Shown one piece after another: positions 1 through 8,874 of a DNA stretch of 64,000 bases; within the stretch, counting starts at the first letter, position 1, and each line of letters begins with the position of its first letter. A model generated the notes under the pieces. It ran no database searches. It was not told where the DNA came from and saw nothing but the letters and a program-made list of their open reading frames with translations. Location: the IMG/VR virus record IMGVR_UViG_2875697941_000001, one strand, 5' to 3'. A program made the translations under genes and the position numbers. The DNA is from a virus. Lineage: Duplodnaviria > Heunggongvirae > Uroviricota > Caudoviricetes.

Positions 1-211
<211 letters not shown>

Positions 212-250
212 TTGTCATTTGTGACAGTATGCTCGCAATCGTAGTGATTA

Positions 251-790
251 CTACCACCAACTGCTAGCTTTCTTCTCTCTAGCTTTTCCTTCGCTTTGCA
301 GTAAATCTTTACTTCCTGTAGAAATATTTCTATTTGCATCAGCCTCAGACTGAATTACATCTGTCTTAGCTGCTCTCTCCTTCAACTCCTGCTCTATAAA
401 ATCGTTTTCTCGCTGGACACGAGCCGCTTTTGCTTGCAGTTCGAGTTTCATGCTTTCGAGTTGCAGCTTGCGAAGCTCATCCTCATAAGCTTGATCTCGC
501 TTCTTGTCATTTGCTAGCTCGGCTTCTCGTTTCGCTCTACGTTCATTTTCTGCAGCAACACGCTGTTTTTCGCGTGCAGCAGCGGCAGATGCTGCTTTTT
601 CTCTTCTAATACGTTCAGCTTGTGCTTGTTGGCGAATAAGTTCTTTTCTGGCATCCTCAGCTTGCTGCTCTTTAGCTCGCCCTTCATTTTCCGCTTGAGC
701 AATAGCAGCAATTTGACTTTGCAACGAGTTAGCCAAGGCAGTGCCTACACTAAACGTAGAAAAGATTAGAAATAAAATAATTTTATTCAT
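251..790 (-). CDS. secreted coiled-coil protein (signal peptide, Ala/Glu/Arg/Lys-rich repeats)
   Basis: 179-aa ORF; N-terminal hydrophobic signal-like segment ending ALA; long charged helical repeat region. Confidence 0.55.
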   Translation of the reverse strand: MNKIILFLIFSTFSVGTALANSLQSQIAAIAQAENEGRAKEQQAEDARKELIRQQAQAERIRREKAASAAAAREKQRVAAENERRAKREAELANDKKRDQAYEDELRKLQLESMKLELQAKAARVQRENDFIEQELKERAAKTDVIQSEADANRNISTGSKDLLQSEGKAREKKASSWW

Positions 791-793
791 AAA

Positions 794-1306
794 TTATTTC
801 TTTTCTGGACAAGTAGCATTTGGCTGAATTCGAGTTTCATTATCTTTAGTTGAAATAAGCACAGCAAGCCCCGTTGTAAACTGGCATGCTTTACCAACTT
901 GAGTTGAAGTGAACACCTTAGTTCCTTCTTTATAAGTCAGTGAAACACCTTCAACAATTGTTTTATCACTAACCAAAGAACCAGCCGCTGCACCAAGAGC
1001 CGCACCACCAGTACCGCCAGCTACAGCACCCAGTGTCGATGTGCCTTTAACATTATAACCGGCAACGCCCCCAGCAACAGCTCCCAGTACCGCACCAAAT
1101 GTCTGTGCCGCTTCTTTATTAGCTTTATTATCAACTTTCACTTTAGCTGGAAGCACAGAGATAATATTGACTGTCTTTGTTTCCTGCTTCGAATTCAATT
1201 GAGCGGTATCATAAACATCGGCAGCATAATCAGCACCGCTAGATTGACACCCAGAAAGAAGAATTGCAGATACAACAAGAGCGCATAAAGTATACTTTTT
1301 AGACAT
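794..1306 (-). CDS. lipoprotein with glycine-zipper motif
   Basis: ORF 794..1315; probable start MSKKYTL; lipobox LLSGC; GAVLGAVAGGVAG...GAVAGGTGGAALGAAAG glycine-zipper stretch. Confidence 0.6.
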   Translation of the reverse strand: MSKKYTLCALVVSAILLSGCQSSGADYAADVYDTAQLNSKQETKTVNIISVLPAKVKVDNKANKEAAQTFGAVLGAVAGGVAGYNVKGTSTLGAVAGGTGGAALGAAAGSLVSDKTIVEGVSLTYKEGTKVFTSTQVGKACQFTTGLAVLISTKDNETRIQPNATCPEKK

Positions 1307-1596
1307 AAGAATCATCCCAGAAAAACAAAAACCGGCGAGAAGTTACCACGAGAACGGAAAGTAAACAAGAATACTCCCATTGACTTATATCAATTAATCA
1401 ACTTTTTATAAGCTATCCCTAACTTATTGTGTATAGCTGAAAAGTCAGAGACAAGTTCACCATCTGCATTATTTCTTAAGTTAATAGTTTATTGCTAACT
1501 TAATTTATGTATCGACTATTGATATCCATCTTAAAGTTACAATATCCCTCTGCATTATTTTTCATCACAAATAATATATCTATTGCACTACACTCA

Positions 1597-1613
1597 CCTG
1601 CTCTAATAAATTT
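1597..1613 (+). promoter_or_regulatory. P1 C1-repressor operator-like 17-mer (CCTGCTCTAATAAATTT), upstream of c4/icd/ant
   Basis: matches remembered C1 operator consensus ATTGCTCTAATAAATTT at 15/17; position equivalent to Op51. Confidence 0.5.
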
Positions 1614-1800
1614 GTATTTTTAAGTCACAAATGCTATCTTTTCGCATCATATTGACCTTTTAATCGTTCAGGCTTATAGTTCCGCCGTCGTAGCAAATTC
1701 TGCGACCGGGTTTAGCAGCCTGAATGATTGTGCGGACAGCCGCAGATATCCGATATTGCGGTATTTTTGTGTCCGTAAAACCGTGTTACGCCCAAATTAT

Positions 1801-1877
1801 GGTGGGGCGTGATGGGGAGGCTTCGGCCTGCTGGTTTCACAATCGCCAGTCTGCTAACCCCGTCACGTCCTGCCACC
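1801..1877 (+). ncRNA. c4: c4-like antisense RNA (immI), tRNA-like termini
   Basis: 77-nt segment with 5' GGTGGGGC pairing with 3' GCCACC; internal CACAATC (1837..1843) and CTGCTAA (1850..1856) complement the repeated target motifs TTTAGCAGC...ATTGTG found upstream (1711..1735) and at the icd ribosome-binding region (1880..1919). Confidence 0.45.
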
Positions 1878-1927
1878 TGTTTAGCAGCGGGTAGCAGGTT
1901 GTTAAACCTGATTGTGAGGCCGTAACT

Positions 1928-2149
1928 ATGGTTAATGCCAATCCTTGCGCACGCCAAGAATTCATCTGGCGTTTCTATTCCTGTAAAAAACACCACTATC
2001 ACTTCGTCATCGCAGCAACAGAAGACGAAGCACGCTCTCAATTGCCTGATGGCCCCTGCATTTTTACTGCCCGTTTTTCAACTAACTCGCGCAATTCACT
2101 TAGTTACTGGAACCTCCCCTTCTCTGCCGACGTTCAGGGGGATTTATGA
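1928..2149 (+). CDS. icd: icd-like small ORF translationally coupled to ant
   Basis: 73-aa ORF whose stop overlaps the ant ATG (ATGA at 2146..2149); c4 target motifs lie just upstream of its start. Confidence 0.4.
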   Translation: MVNANPCARQEFIWRFYSCKKHHYHFVIAATEDEARSQLPDGPCIFTARFSTNSRNSLSYWNLPFSADVQGDL

Positions 2150-3189
2150 AAAAACCTCTCGTCACCCGTAATGAAATAGCCGAAGCGATCGCCCTGCATA
2201 CAACCTGTATGCCGACACGGGAGATCCCCGGCGCAATTGCCAACTATTTCATGATAACCAGACGTTTTTATACCCGAACAGATAAGGCTGTGATCAACAA
2301 GCTACTGATAGCCGAGATCAGGGATTATTTGATTGAACAAGGACGTCTACGTTACGCAACAGTGGCAGCAGAAATGAGAAAGGAGGCGCGCAGAATGACC
2401 GGTAATAATTTGAATGTTGAAAAACCAGCACCTGTTGCTTCAGCTACGCCATCACCAGCTGTGAATGTTATCTCCAACACTGGAGACACAATCGACAGCC
2501 AGACACTGTTAAAGATGGTCAATGAAGCTCGTAAGTTATGTGGGGAACCAGAGGTTCGGAACAACAAATTCATCGAAAAAATACTCGACGAATTAGAAGG
2601 TGAGGACGGTTACACAAAAAGTGCAACCGTGCCGCCAGGTGGCGGTACGCCTATGGTTGTCATAACCATGACCTACAAACAAGCCCTGCGAGTCGCCGCA
2701 CGCGAATCAAAAGCCGTCCGCCGTTCGCTGATCGACAAACTGGAAGAATTGCAGCAGGCAAACTCCCCTGCCCCATCGATCCCCCAAACATTACCAGAAG
2801 CTCTACGCCTGGCTGCCGAGTTGGCAGAACAGAAAATGCAGCTGGAACAACAGCTGGTGGCCGCCGCTCCTAAAGTCGATTTTGCCGACCGGGTATCAGT
2901 GGCTAATGGAATCCTGATCGGGAACTTTGCAAAGGTCGTTGGACTTAAGCAAAACGCCCTTTTCTCATGGTTGCGCCAGAACGGCATTCTCATGGCTTTT
3001 GGTGCGCGCAAAAACGTACCGCGCCAACAGTACATCAACGCCGGGTATTTCACGGTGAAAGAAGTGGTGCTGGATGATGAAAATGGCTACCAGATACGGC
3101 TGACGCCCCAATTAACGGGTAAAGGCCAGCAGTGGTTAACTCGCAAGCTACTTGATGCTGGTTTGTTAAAACCAGTAGCAATAGGTTAA
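2146..3189 (+). CDS. ant: antirepressor Ant (KilAC C-terminal domain)
   Basis: 347-aa ORF; C-terminal ~110 aa share the same domain as the next gene's C-terminus (PEALRLAA(E/D)LAEQK...GKGQQWL). Confidence 0.75.
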   Translation: MKKPLVTRNEIAEAIALHTTCMPTREIPGAIANYFMITRRFYTRTDKAVINKLLIAEIRDYLIEQGRLRYATVAAEMRKEARRMTGNNLNVEKPAPVASATPSPAVNVISNTGDTIDSQTLLKMVNEARKLCGEPEVRNNKFIEKILDELEGEDGYTKSATVPPGGGTPMVVITMTYKQALRVAARESKAVRRSLIDKLEELQQANSPAPSIPQTLPEALRLAAELAEQKMQLEQQLVAAAPKVDFADRVSVANGILIGNFAKVVGLKQNALFSWLRQNGILMAFGARKNVPRQQYINAGYFTVKEVVLDDENGYQIRLTPQLTGKGQQWLTRKLLDAGLLKPVAIG

Positions 3190-3202
3190 CAAAAGAAAAA
3201 AA

Positions 3203-3228
3203 CCTGCCAGCAAACTGGCAGGTTTCTG
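3203..3228 (+). terminator. rho-independent terminator after ant
   Basis: CCTGCCAG-CAAA-CTGGCAGG hairpin followed by TTTCT. Confidence 0.5.
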
Positions 3229-3266
3229 AGCAGATCGACCAACCCGATCTGGATCGAGTTAGAAAA

Positions 3267-3284
3267 ATTTGCTCTAATAAATTT
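3267..3284 (+). promoter_or_regulatory. C1 operator-like site upstream of kilA-repL (ATTTGCTCTAATAAATTT)
   Basis: near-perfect match to C1 operator consensus. Confidence 0.55.
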
Positions 3285-3353
3285 CGTTTTCTAAGTGCAA
3301 AGAATCACCATTTCGAGCTGGTGATTGAAGGTTGATGCAAATTTGGAGAAAAA

Positions 3354-4154
3354 ATGCAACAAACATTCAATGCGGATATGAATATATCAAACCTTCATCA
3401 AAATGTCGATCCTTCAACCACTCTGCCTGTTATTTGTGGTGTTGAAATTACGACCGACCGCGCTGGCCGTTACAACCTTAATGCTCTACACAGAGCGAGC
3501 GGACTCGGTGCCCATAAAGCGCCAGCTCAATGGCTAAGAACGCTGTCAGCCAAACAGCTCATCGAAGAGCTTGAAAAAGAAACTATGCAGAATTGCATAG
3601 TTTCGTTCGAAGGCCGTGGCGGCGGCACTTTTGCCCATGAATTGCTCGCTGTGGAGTACGCAGGCTGGATTTCTCCCGCATTTCGGCTGAAGGTAAACCA
3701 GACATTTATCGACTATCGAGCCGGAAGATTACAACCAGCTATTCCGCAGAGTCTCCCTGAAGCTCTCCGTTTGGCTGCCGACCTGGCAGAGCAAAAGCAA
3801 CGGCTGGAGCAAAAAATGCTTATGGATGCACCTAAAGTCGAATTCGCCGAACGCGTTGCTACCGCTAGCGGGGTTCTAATCGGCAACTATGCCAAAGTGC
3901 TCGGCCTGGGCCAAAACTATCTCTTCACCTGGTTGCGTGATAACGGAATTCTGATCGCAACCGGTGAACGCAGGAACGTCCCCAAACAAGAATACATATC
4001 TCGTGGGTATTTCACCCTTAAAGAAACCGTGATCGATACAAGCAATGGAAGCAGGATTTCTTTCACGACTCGTATAACCGGCAAAGGTCAGCAGTGGCTG
4101 ATGAAGCGATTGCTTGATGCTGGTGTGCTGGTACCTGTCGCGGCAACGCGCTAA
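3354..4154 (+). CDS. kilA: KilA (KilA-N domain plus KilAC domain)
   Basis: 266-aa ORF; N-terminal KilA-N-like region; C-terminal domain paralogous to Ant C-terminus. Confidence 0.7.
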   Translation: MQQTFNADMNISNLHQNVDPSTTLPVICGVEITTDRAGRYNLNALHRASGLGAHKAPAQWLRTLSAKQLIEELEKETMQNCIVSFEGRGGGTFAHELLAVEYAGWISPAFRLKVNQTFIDYRAGRLQPAIPQSLPEALRLAADLAEQKQRLEQKMLMDAPKVEFAERVATASGVLIGNYAKVLGLGQNYLFTWLRDNGILIATGERRNVPKQEYISRGYFTLKETVIDTSNGSRISFTTRITGKGQQWLMKRLLDAGVLVPVAATR

Positions 4155-4183
4155 CAGACGTAGTAAGAACCACCAGCATTGTA

Positions 4184-5029
4184 ATGCTGGCTAAAGTCAC
4201 TTTCCTGAGCTGTATAACGATGAGCGATTTTACTTTTTCTGGCTATGAATTGGCCTGCTTTGTAACACACTCCGGCCTATCCCGTAGCGCCGGGCATATC
4301 CTGTCGCAATGTGCAAATCTCGCGGCAACAACCAGTGAATACTTCATTCACAAGCCTCACCGCCTGATCGCGGCAGAAACTGGTTATAGCCAATCAACCG
4401 TCGTTCGTGCATTCCGTGAAGCTGTAAACAAAGGAATTCTGTCTGTAGAGATTGTTATCGGCGATCACCGTGAACGTCGCGCTAACCTGTACCGGTTTAC
4501 ACCATCCTTTTTGGCCTTCGCACAACAAGCCAAAAATGCGCTGATAGAAAGCAAATTAAAGATCTCTTCAGCGGCAACCAAGGTTAAAGCTGTTCTCGCT
4601 AAGACATTGGCTTTATTTAATTTTTTATCCACACCCCCATGTCAAAATGATACCCCCTCCCCCTGTCAGGATGACGTGGCAATAAAGAATAAGAAGTCAC
4701 AAGTTAAAAAAACAAAAAGATCAGTTTCCGGCGGTGCCGGAACGACCAGCCTCAAAAAATTGACTTCATGGATCGCTAAGGCAAAAGCAAAGGCTGACAA
4801 TCTGCGGTTATCCAAAAAACGCACTCAAAAACATGAGTTCAAGCAGAAAGTAGAGGCGGCTGCGCGGAAATATGCTTACCTGAAGAACAAGCGTTCGCCT
4901 GATATTGGCGGGATATCAAACTTCGATAACCTACCGCATTGCATGACGGTAAACGAAGCTCTTAATGCGGTTTTAGCCAAAAATAAAGATAACGAACAAT
5001 GGGGTATACCGGCAGGATTCAGAGGGTAA
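4184..5029 (+). CDS. repL: RepL-like lytic replication protein (HTH-containing)
   Basis: 281-aa ORF directly downstream of kilA as in P1 kilA-repL operon; length matches my recollection of P1 RepL; identity not verified. Confidence 0.45.
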   Translation: MLAKVTFLSCITMSDFTFSGYELACFVTHSGLSRSAGHILSQCANLAATTSEYFIHKPHRLIAAETGYSQSTVVRAFREAVNKGILSVEIVIGDHRERRANLYRFTPSFLAFAQQAKNALIESKLKISSAATKVKAVLAKTLALFNFLSTPPCQNDTPSPCQDDVAIKNKKSQVKKTKRSVSGGAGTTSLKKLTSWIAKAKAKADNLRLSKKRTQKHEFKQKVEAAARKYAYLKNKRSPDIGGISNFDNLPHCMTVNEALNAVLAKNKDNEQWGIPAGFRG

Positions 5030-5042
5030 TGAATTGCTCTAA

Positions 5043-5059
5043 TTATAACCATGCATACT
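5043..5059 (+). promoter_or_regulatory. degenerate C1 operator-like 17-mer (ATTGCTCTAATTATAAC)
   Basis: 13/17 match to operator consensus; precedes the AT-rich DUF3800-like cassette. Confidence 0.3.
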
Positions 5060-5197
5060 TTCAACACCTCTAGTTTGCCATGAGGCAAACTCATAGGTGT
5101 CCTGGTAAGAGGACACTGTTGCCAAAACTGGACGCCCCATTATTGCAATTAATAAACAACTAACGGACAATTCTACCTAACAATAAGTGGAGTTAAC

Positions 5198-5902
5198 ATG
5201 TTGAACCGAAGAACATTTAATGTATTCTGCGATGAATCCTGTCACCTACTAAATGATCATAATAAAGTCATGGTATTGGGTGCGCTTTGGTGTCCCGGCA
5301 CTATCACAAAAAAAATTGCTAGAGACATCAAGGAATTAAAATTAAAACACAATCTAAAACCTGATTTCGAAATCAAGTGGACTAAAGTATCTGCGTCCAA
5401 AGTTGAATTTTACTTAGATGTCGTAGATTACTTCTTCAGCAACCCTGCATTGCGCTTTAGAGGTGTTGTTGTTCCTGATAAAGAGCAACTGGACCATGCT
5501 CGATTCCATCAAGATCATAATACTTTCTATTATAAGATGTTTTTTTATGTCTTAAAAAACATAATAGAAAGTAACAACACATACAATATCTACCTAGATA
5601 TAAAAGATACTTTAGGTATTGAAAAAATTGAGAAATTAAGAGGGGTTCTTCACAATGATCGCTATGATTACAATCATGAGTCGATAAACAGAATTCAACA
5701 TATACGATCTCATGAAGTGCAGCAATTGCAGCTAACGGATCTTTTCATTGGCGCGTTAGGCTACGTTCATCGAGGAATGAATAGCAACGCGGGAAAAATC
5801 CAAGTCATAAACAGAATAAAATCACATACAAACAGGGAGTTACTAAAAAGTACTCTTCCAACAGAAAGTAAATTTAATATTTTCGTGTGGGAGGCTCGCT
5901 GA
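5198..5902 (+). CDS. DUF3800-like protein (N-terminal FCDESCH motif)
   Basis: 234-aa ORF; DES motif near N-terminus typical of DUF3800; strongly AT-rich relative to flanks; could correspond to P1 rlfA (unverified). Confidence 0.55.
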   Translation: MLNRRTFNVFCDESCHLLNDHNKVMVLGALWCPGTITKKIARDIKELKLKHNLKPDFEIKWTKVSASKVEFYLDVVDYFFSNPALRFRGVVVPDKEQLDHARFHQDHNTFYYKMFFYVLKNIIESNNTYNIYLDIKDTLGIEKIEKLRGVLHNDRYDYNHESINRIQHIRSHEVQQLQLTDLFIGALGYVHRGMNSNAGKIQVINRIKSHTNRELLKSTLPTESKFNIFVWEAR

Positions 5903-6366
5903 TGCTTCAAATGCCAGATTTATTGTACTTCAATGGAAGTTGGCAAGAGTATATAGACGATGTATATGATGTTGTTAGAGAAGATATTTTAATATCTAAT
6001 ATAACGTTTAAGGGTCTCCCTGTTCGATTACGTTATTCACCGGAATATAATGGGAAAGAATTCGGATTTTGGCATTTAGTATCAGAGGGAAAAATAGAAG
6101 AAGAACGTATACCCGATCTTGAACGGTGCAAGCGAATTCGCTGGATCGCGCACATGATAAGGAATTATAACCATTGCGATATATCATGTTGGTCTGAAAG
6201 ACGAGGACCAACTGAAGAGTGGGTAATCTGGAATGAGTGTGAAAACTACGTTGTTGTGCTATCCGCACGTAGAGACTATTGGCTTCTCAAAACAGCCTAT
6301 GTTGTAACCTATGACAGTAAAATCAGAACACTCAAACAAAGCAGAAAAAGAGCACTTGGGACATAA
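5902..6366 (+). CDS. hypothetical protein, translationally coupled partner of DUF3800-like gene
   Basis: ATG shares one base with upstream TGA (TGATG at 5900..5904); 154 aa from MLQMPDLLYF; AT-rich; could correspond to P1 rlfB (unverified). Confidence 0.5.
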   Translation: MLQMPDLLYFNGSWQEYIDDVYDVVREDILISNITFKGLPVRLRYSPEYNGKEFGFWHLVSEGKIEEERIPDLERCKRIRWIAHMIRNYNHCDISCWSERRGPTEEWVIWNECENYVVVLSARRDYWLLKTAYVVTYDSKIRTLKQSRKRALGT

Positions 6367-6373
6367 AAAGCTG

Positions 6374-6405
6374 AACCCGACACATATTGCTATGTATCGG
6401 GTTCG
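6374..6405 (+). terminator. hairpin downstream of the two-gene cassette
   Basis: GAACCCGACACATA / TATGTATCGGGTTC near-perfect inverted repeat; T-rich but interrupted tail. Confidence 0.3.
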
Positions 6406-6531
6406 ATCGCTCTTTCTACACATGGTAGATGAGTAATGCAAATCTAACCGATCTACTTTAGCTTTTCAATAGCTAGCTATAACTTTCCGCACATATTCTT
6501 CTGATAATTCAGGGAGAGCGGTTGGGTTTTT

Positions 6532-6828
6532 TCATGCTTTTCTGCGCAGAGAAGCACACTTATTCAGCAATAATAAGTGCAATTCTTTGTTATCACTAAG
6601 TATTTCTACACACCAATATCGTAACGTGTTCACTTCAAGTGTAGCCAGCACCTTATGTCGAAAAGCCCCCTCCCCTACACATAACGATGGCTGACATTCT
6701 GCTAAGGCACATAACCATGTATTGGCATCATAGAGAATCCAATAATGCTCCTCGGAAATAGTTTTGCATCCAATTATTTCGAATCTTCGTTCTATCGTTT
6801 CAGGAGAGTATGAAAAATCAATTTCCAT
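6532..6828 (-). CDS. hypothetical protein (Cys-rich, 98 aa), convergent with cassette
   Basis: ORF in AT-rich DNA; sits between two hairpin terminators. Confidence 0.4.
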   Translation of the reverse strand: MEIDFSYSPETIERRFEIIGCKTISEEHYWILYDANTWLCALAECQPSLCVGEGAFRHKVLATLEVNTLRYWCVEILSDNKELHLLLLNKCASLRRKA

Positions 6829-6872
6829 AATATGCTCAAAATTTCGCTATATTGACATGATTTAAGCACAAA

Positions 6873-6893
6873 AAAGCTCCCGAAGGAGCTTTA
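6873..6893. terminator. bidirectional hairpin terminator
   Basis: AAAAAAGCTCC-CGAA-GGAGCTTTAAAAT; A-run and T-run on either side. Confidence 0.4.
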
Positions 6894-6911
6894 AAATACA
6901 AGGGATGACTC

Positions 6912-7421
6912 TTAATCCCACTCAATCCAGTTGTAGACGATACGAAGTGACGGGCGCACAGCGGCAGTCACATCTTCGGTACTAAAGTCGATTGCATCAC
7001 TGTAGATTTTGCAGTCCAACATTTCAATTGTTGTAGCAGCTTTTGTCACAGCGTTAACCCCGGAAGATTTGGATTCAGGGGTCGCAGCCATCGTGATATC
7101 AACATAGTCCTTCGCCGCAATGCGATCTTTAATGAACTGAAGAATATCGCCTTCGATAGTCTCCACGCACTGGACCTGGATTTCCCCAGAGTTTCGAATT
7201 GGACCGTGCTGGTTGAACTTCACACCATTCGGACCATAGTCCTCCACATCCTCGCGGGTCATTTCAGGAATTTGCGACGTGCGAACCAGTACGCTGATAT
7301 CTTCATGGCCTGCAAAAGTGAGCTGGAATTCAGAAGATACCAGTCGTTCGCCTTTGGCCGCGTTGGCAGTATAGCGGCCCTTAATAAATTTACGGTTTCC
7401 CTTAGTGTTATTGTGCCCCAT
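6912..7421 (-). CDS. phage tail/baseplate structural protein (P1 bplA/pmgG region equivalent)
   Basis: 169-aa ORF in structural operon downstream of sheath gene; assignment by position in P1-like gene order. Confidence 0.45.
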   Translation of the reverse strand: MGHNNTKGNRKFIKGRYTANAAKGERLVSSEFQLTFAGHEDISVLVRTSQIPEMTREDVEDYGPNGVKFNQHGPIRNSGEIQVQCVETIEGDILQFIKDRIAAKDYVDITMAATPESKSSGVNAVTKAATTIEMLDCKIYSDAIDFSTEDVTAAVRPSLRIVYNWIEWD

Positions 7422-7432
7422 ATAAAATCCTT

Positions 7433-8014
7433 TTACTGGAACGCCCGAACAATATCGGAGCTGTTATATATCGAAGAACCGGTCAACTGGAGGTTGACGG
7501 TGTTTTTCAGGAAATGCCCATTGCTGTCCCTGGGCGCATCGAGATCGAAACTTATGTCCTGGATAGCGACATCAATGATGTTGATCCGGCGACCAATGTT
7601 TAGCGTCACACGCTCCGGGATTCGACCACCAATGCTGGCATCTTTAAGTTCCGGGCTAATCATCGCTGACAATGCGGCGATAGCTCCTGAAACCTCAGTG
7701 AATGGGTCAAACAAAGCGATGAAAGTTACTGGCAGCGTGAAAGTCGGCGGTGTTCCCCCCTCCCAAACCATTAAGCTGTTCCAACGGGCCACCGACGTTG
7801 TTTCAGTACCAACCTGCGCAAAACCACTGAAAGCACCAGCAACAGACCCCATGGACATACCGGTAAACGGCGCTTCCCAATTCTGGGCCATGTTCATTGC
7901 TGCCCCCTGGCTGATATATCCGGTAACCTGGTACTGAGAGTTCGTTAAAGTAACTTTCAGAAATGGCGATACACCGTCAGCCTGGCTGTAAACCCCATAA
8001 GGTATAGGTGCCAT
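7433..8014 (-). CDS. phage structural protein (tail tube candidate)
   Basis: 193-aa ORF immediately downstream of sheath-like gene region; no recognised motif. Confidence 0.4.
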   Translation of the reverse strand: MAPIPYGVYSQADGVSPFLKVTLTNSQYQVTGYISQGAAMNMAQNWEAPFTGMSMGSVAGAFSGFAQVGTETTSVARWNSLMVWEGGTPPTFTLPVTFIALFDPFTEVSGAIAALSAMISPELKDASIGGRIPERVTLNIGRRINIIDVAIQDISFDLDAPRDSNGHFLKNTVNLQLTGSSIYNSSDIVRAFQ

Positions 8015-8049
8015 TCAAGTTAAAGGCCGGAGTTCTCCGGCCTCCTCCT

Positions 8050-8865
8050 TTAGCCAAGGCGCTTACGGCGCAGTTTCATTGACTTTTTGCGGGCAAGTTT
8101 TGCCGCGCCGGTCTGGGCTTTTCGACGCGCTTTTTTCAGCGCCGATTTTTGAGCCGCAGTCAGACGTTTTTTACGCAGGCGTTTACGGATGAGTTTGATC
8201 TCACCGTTACGAACAACCTTCTTAAATGCTTCAGTCAGCATTTCATCAGAAGTGCCAGCAACAACAAACGCCGCTTCCAGTTCGTCGCGGTCGTCGCTAT
8301 CTAAACCAGCGATAGAGGCACCAACATCAGCAGCTGCGTCGTCGTCTTCATCGTCAGCCAGTGCTTCGATCAGGTCATCATCTACACCGCATGCTGCGAG
8401 GAAGTCAGCAACATTTGCCCATGCTTCGTTATAGGCATCGTCCTGTTCTTCTGTAACTTCGGAGTCGTCGTCATCAGAGATACCAGCGATAGCCTGAACG
8501 AAACCATCAAGGGAGTCGAAAGTCAGATCACCGCTATCAGCCCAGGAGAAAACGGCGTCGGCCGCATCACTCAACGCATTCTGCATAGCACTTCGATTTG
8601 CAGCTTCCAGAATCATCTGGTGCGCCTGTTCGACGGTCCATTCTTTACCGTCTTTCCCTTCCAGGATTTGCTCTGGAGCCGGGGCAGATGGAACGTTATC
8701 GTTAGTCTGTGCCGCCGGTTCCGGATTATTATTAATAACCGGATCTGTTGGCGGTTCGGCGCTTGCTCGGGCAGACTCCATCAGCTGCACAGGATCAGAG
8801 TTCAAAGCGAAACGGGACAGTCCATTCCCCAAAAATGCCCCGGATTGAAAAAAGTTTTTGCTCAT
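8050..8865 (-). CDS. acidic phage structural/assembly protein (P1 gene 21 position)
   Basis: 271-aa ORF; long Asp/Glu-rich central region; basic C-terminal tail. Confidence 0.45.
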   Translation of the reverse strand: MSKNFFQSGAFLGNGLSRFALNSDPVQLMESARASAEPPTDPVINNNPEPAAQTNDNVPSAPAPEQILEGKDGKEWTVEQAHQMILEAANRSAMQNALSDAADAVFSWADSGDLTFDSLDGFVQAIAGISDDDDSEVTEEQDDAYNEAWANVADFLAACGVDDDLIEALADDEDDDAAADVGASIAGLDSDDRDELEAAFVVAGTSDEMLTEAFKKVVRNGEIKLIRKRLRKKRLTAAQKSALKKARRKAQTGAAKLARKKSMKLRRKRLG

Positions 8866-8874
8866 TGTATTCCC

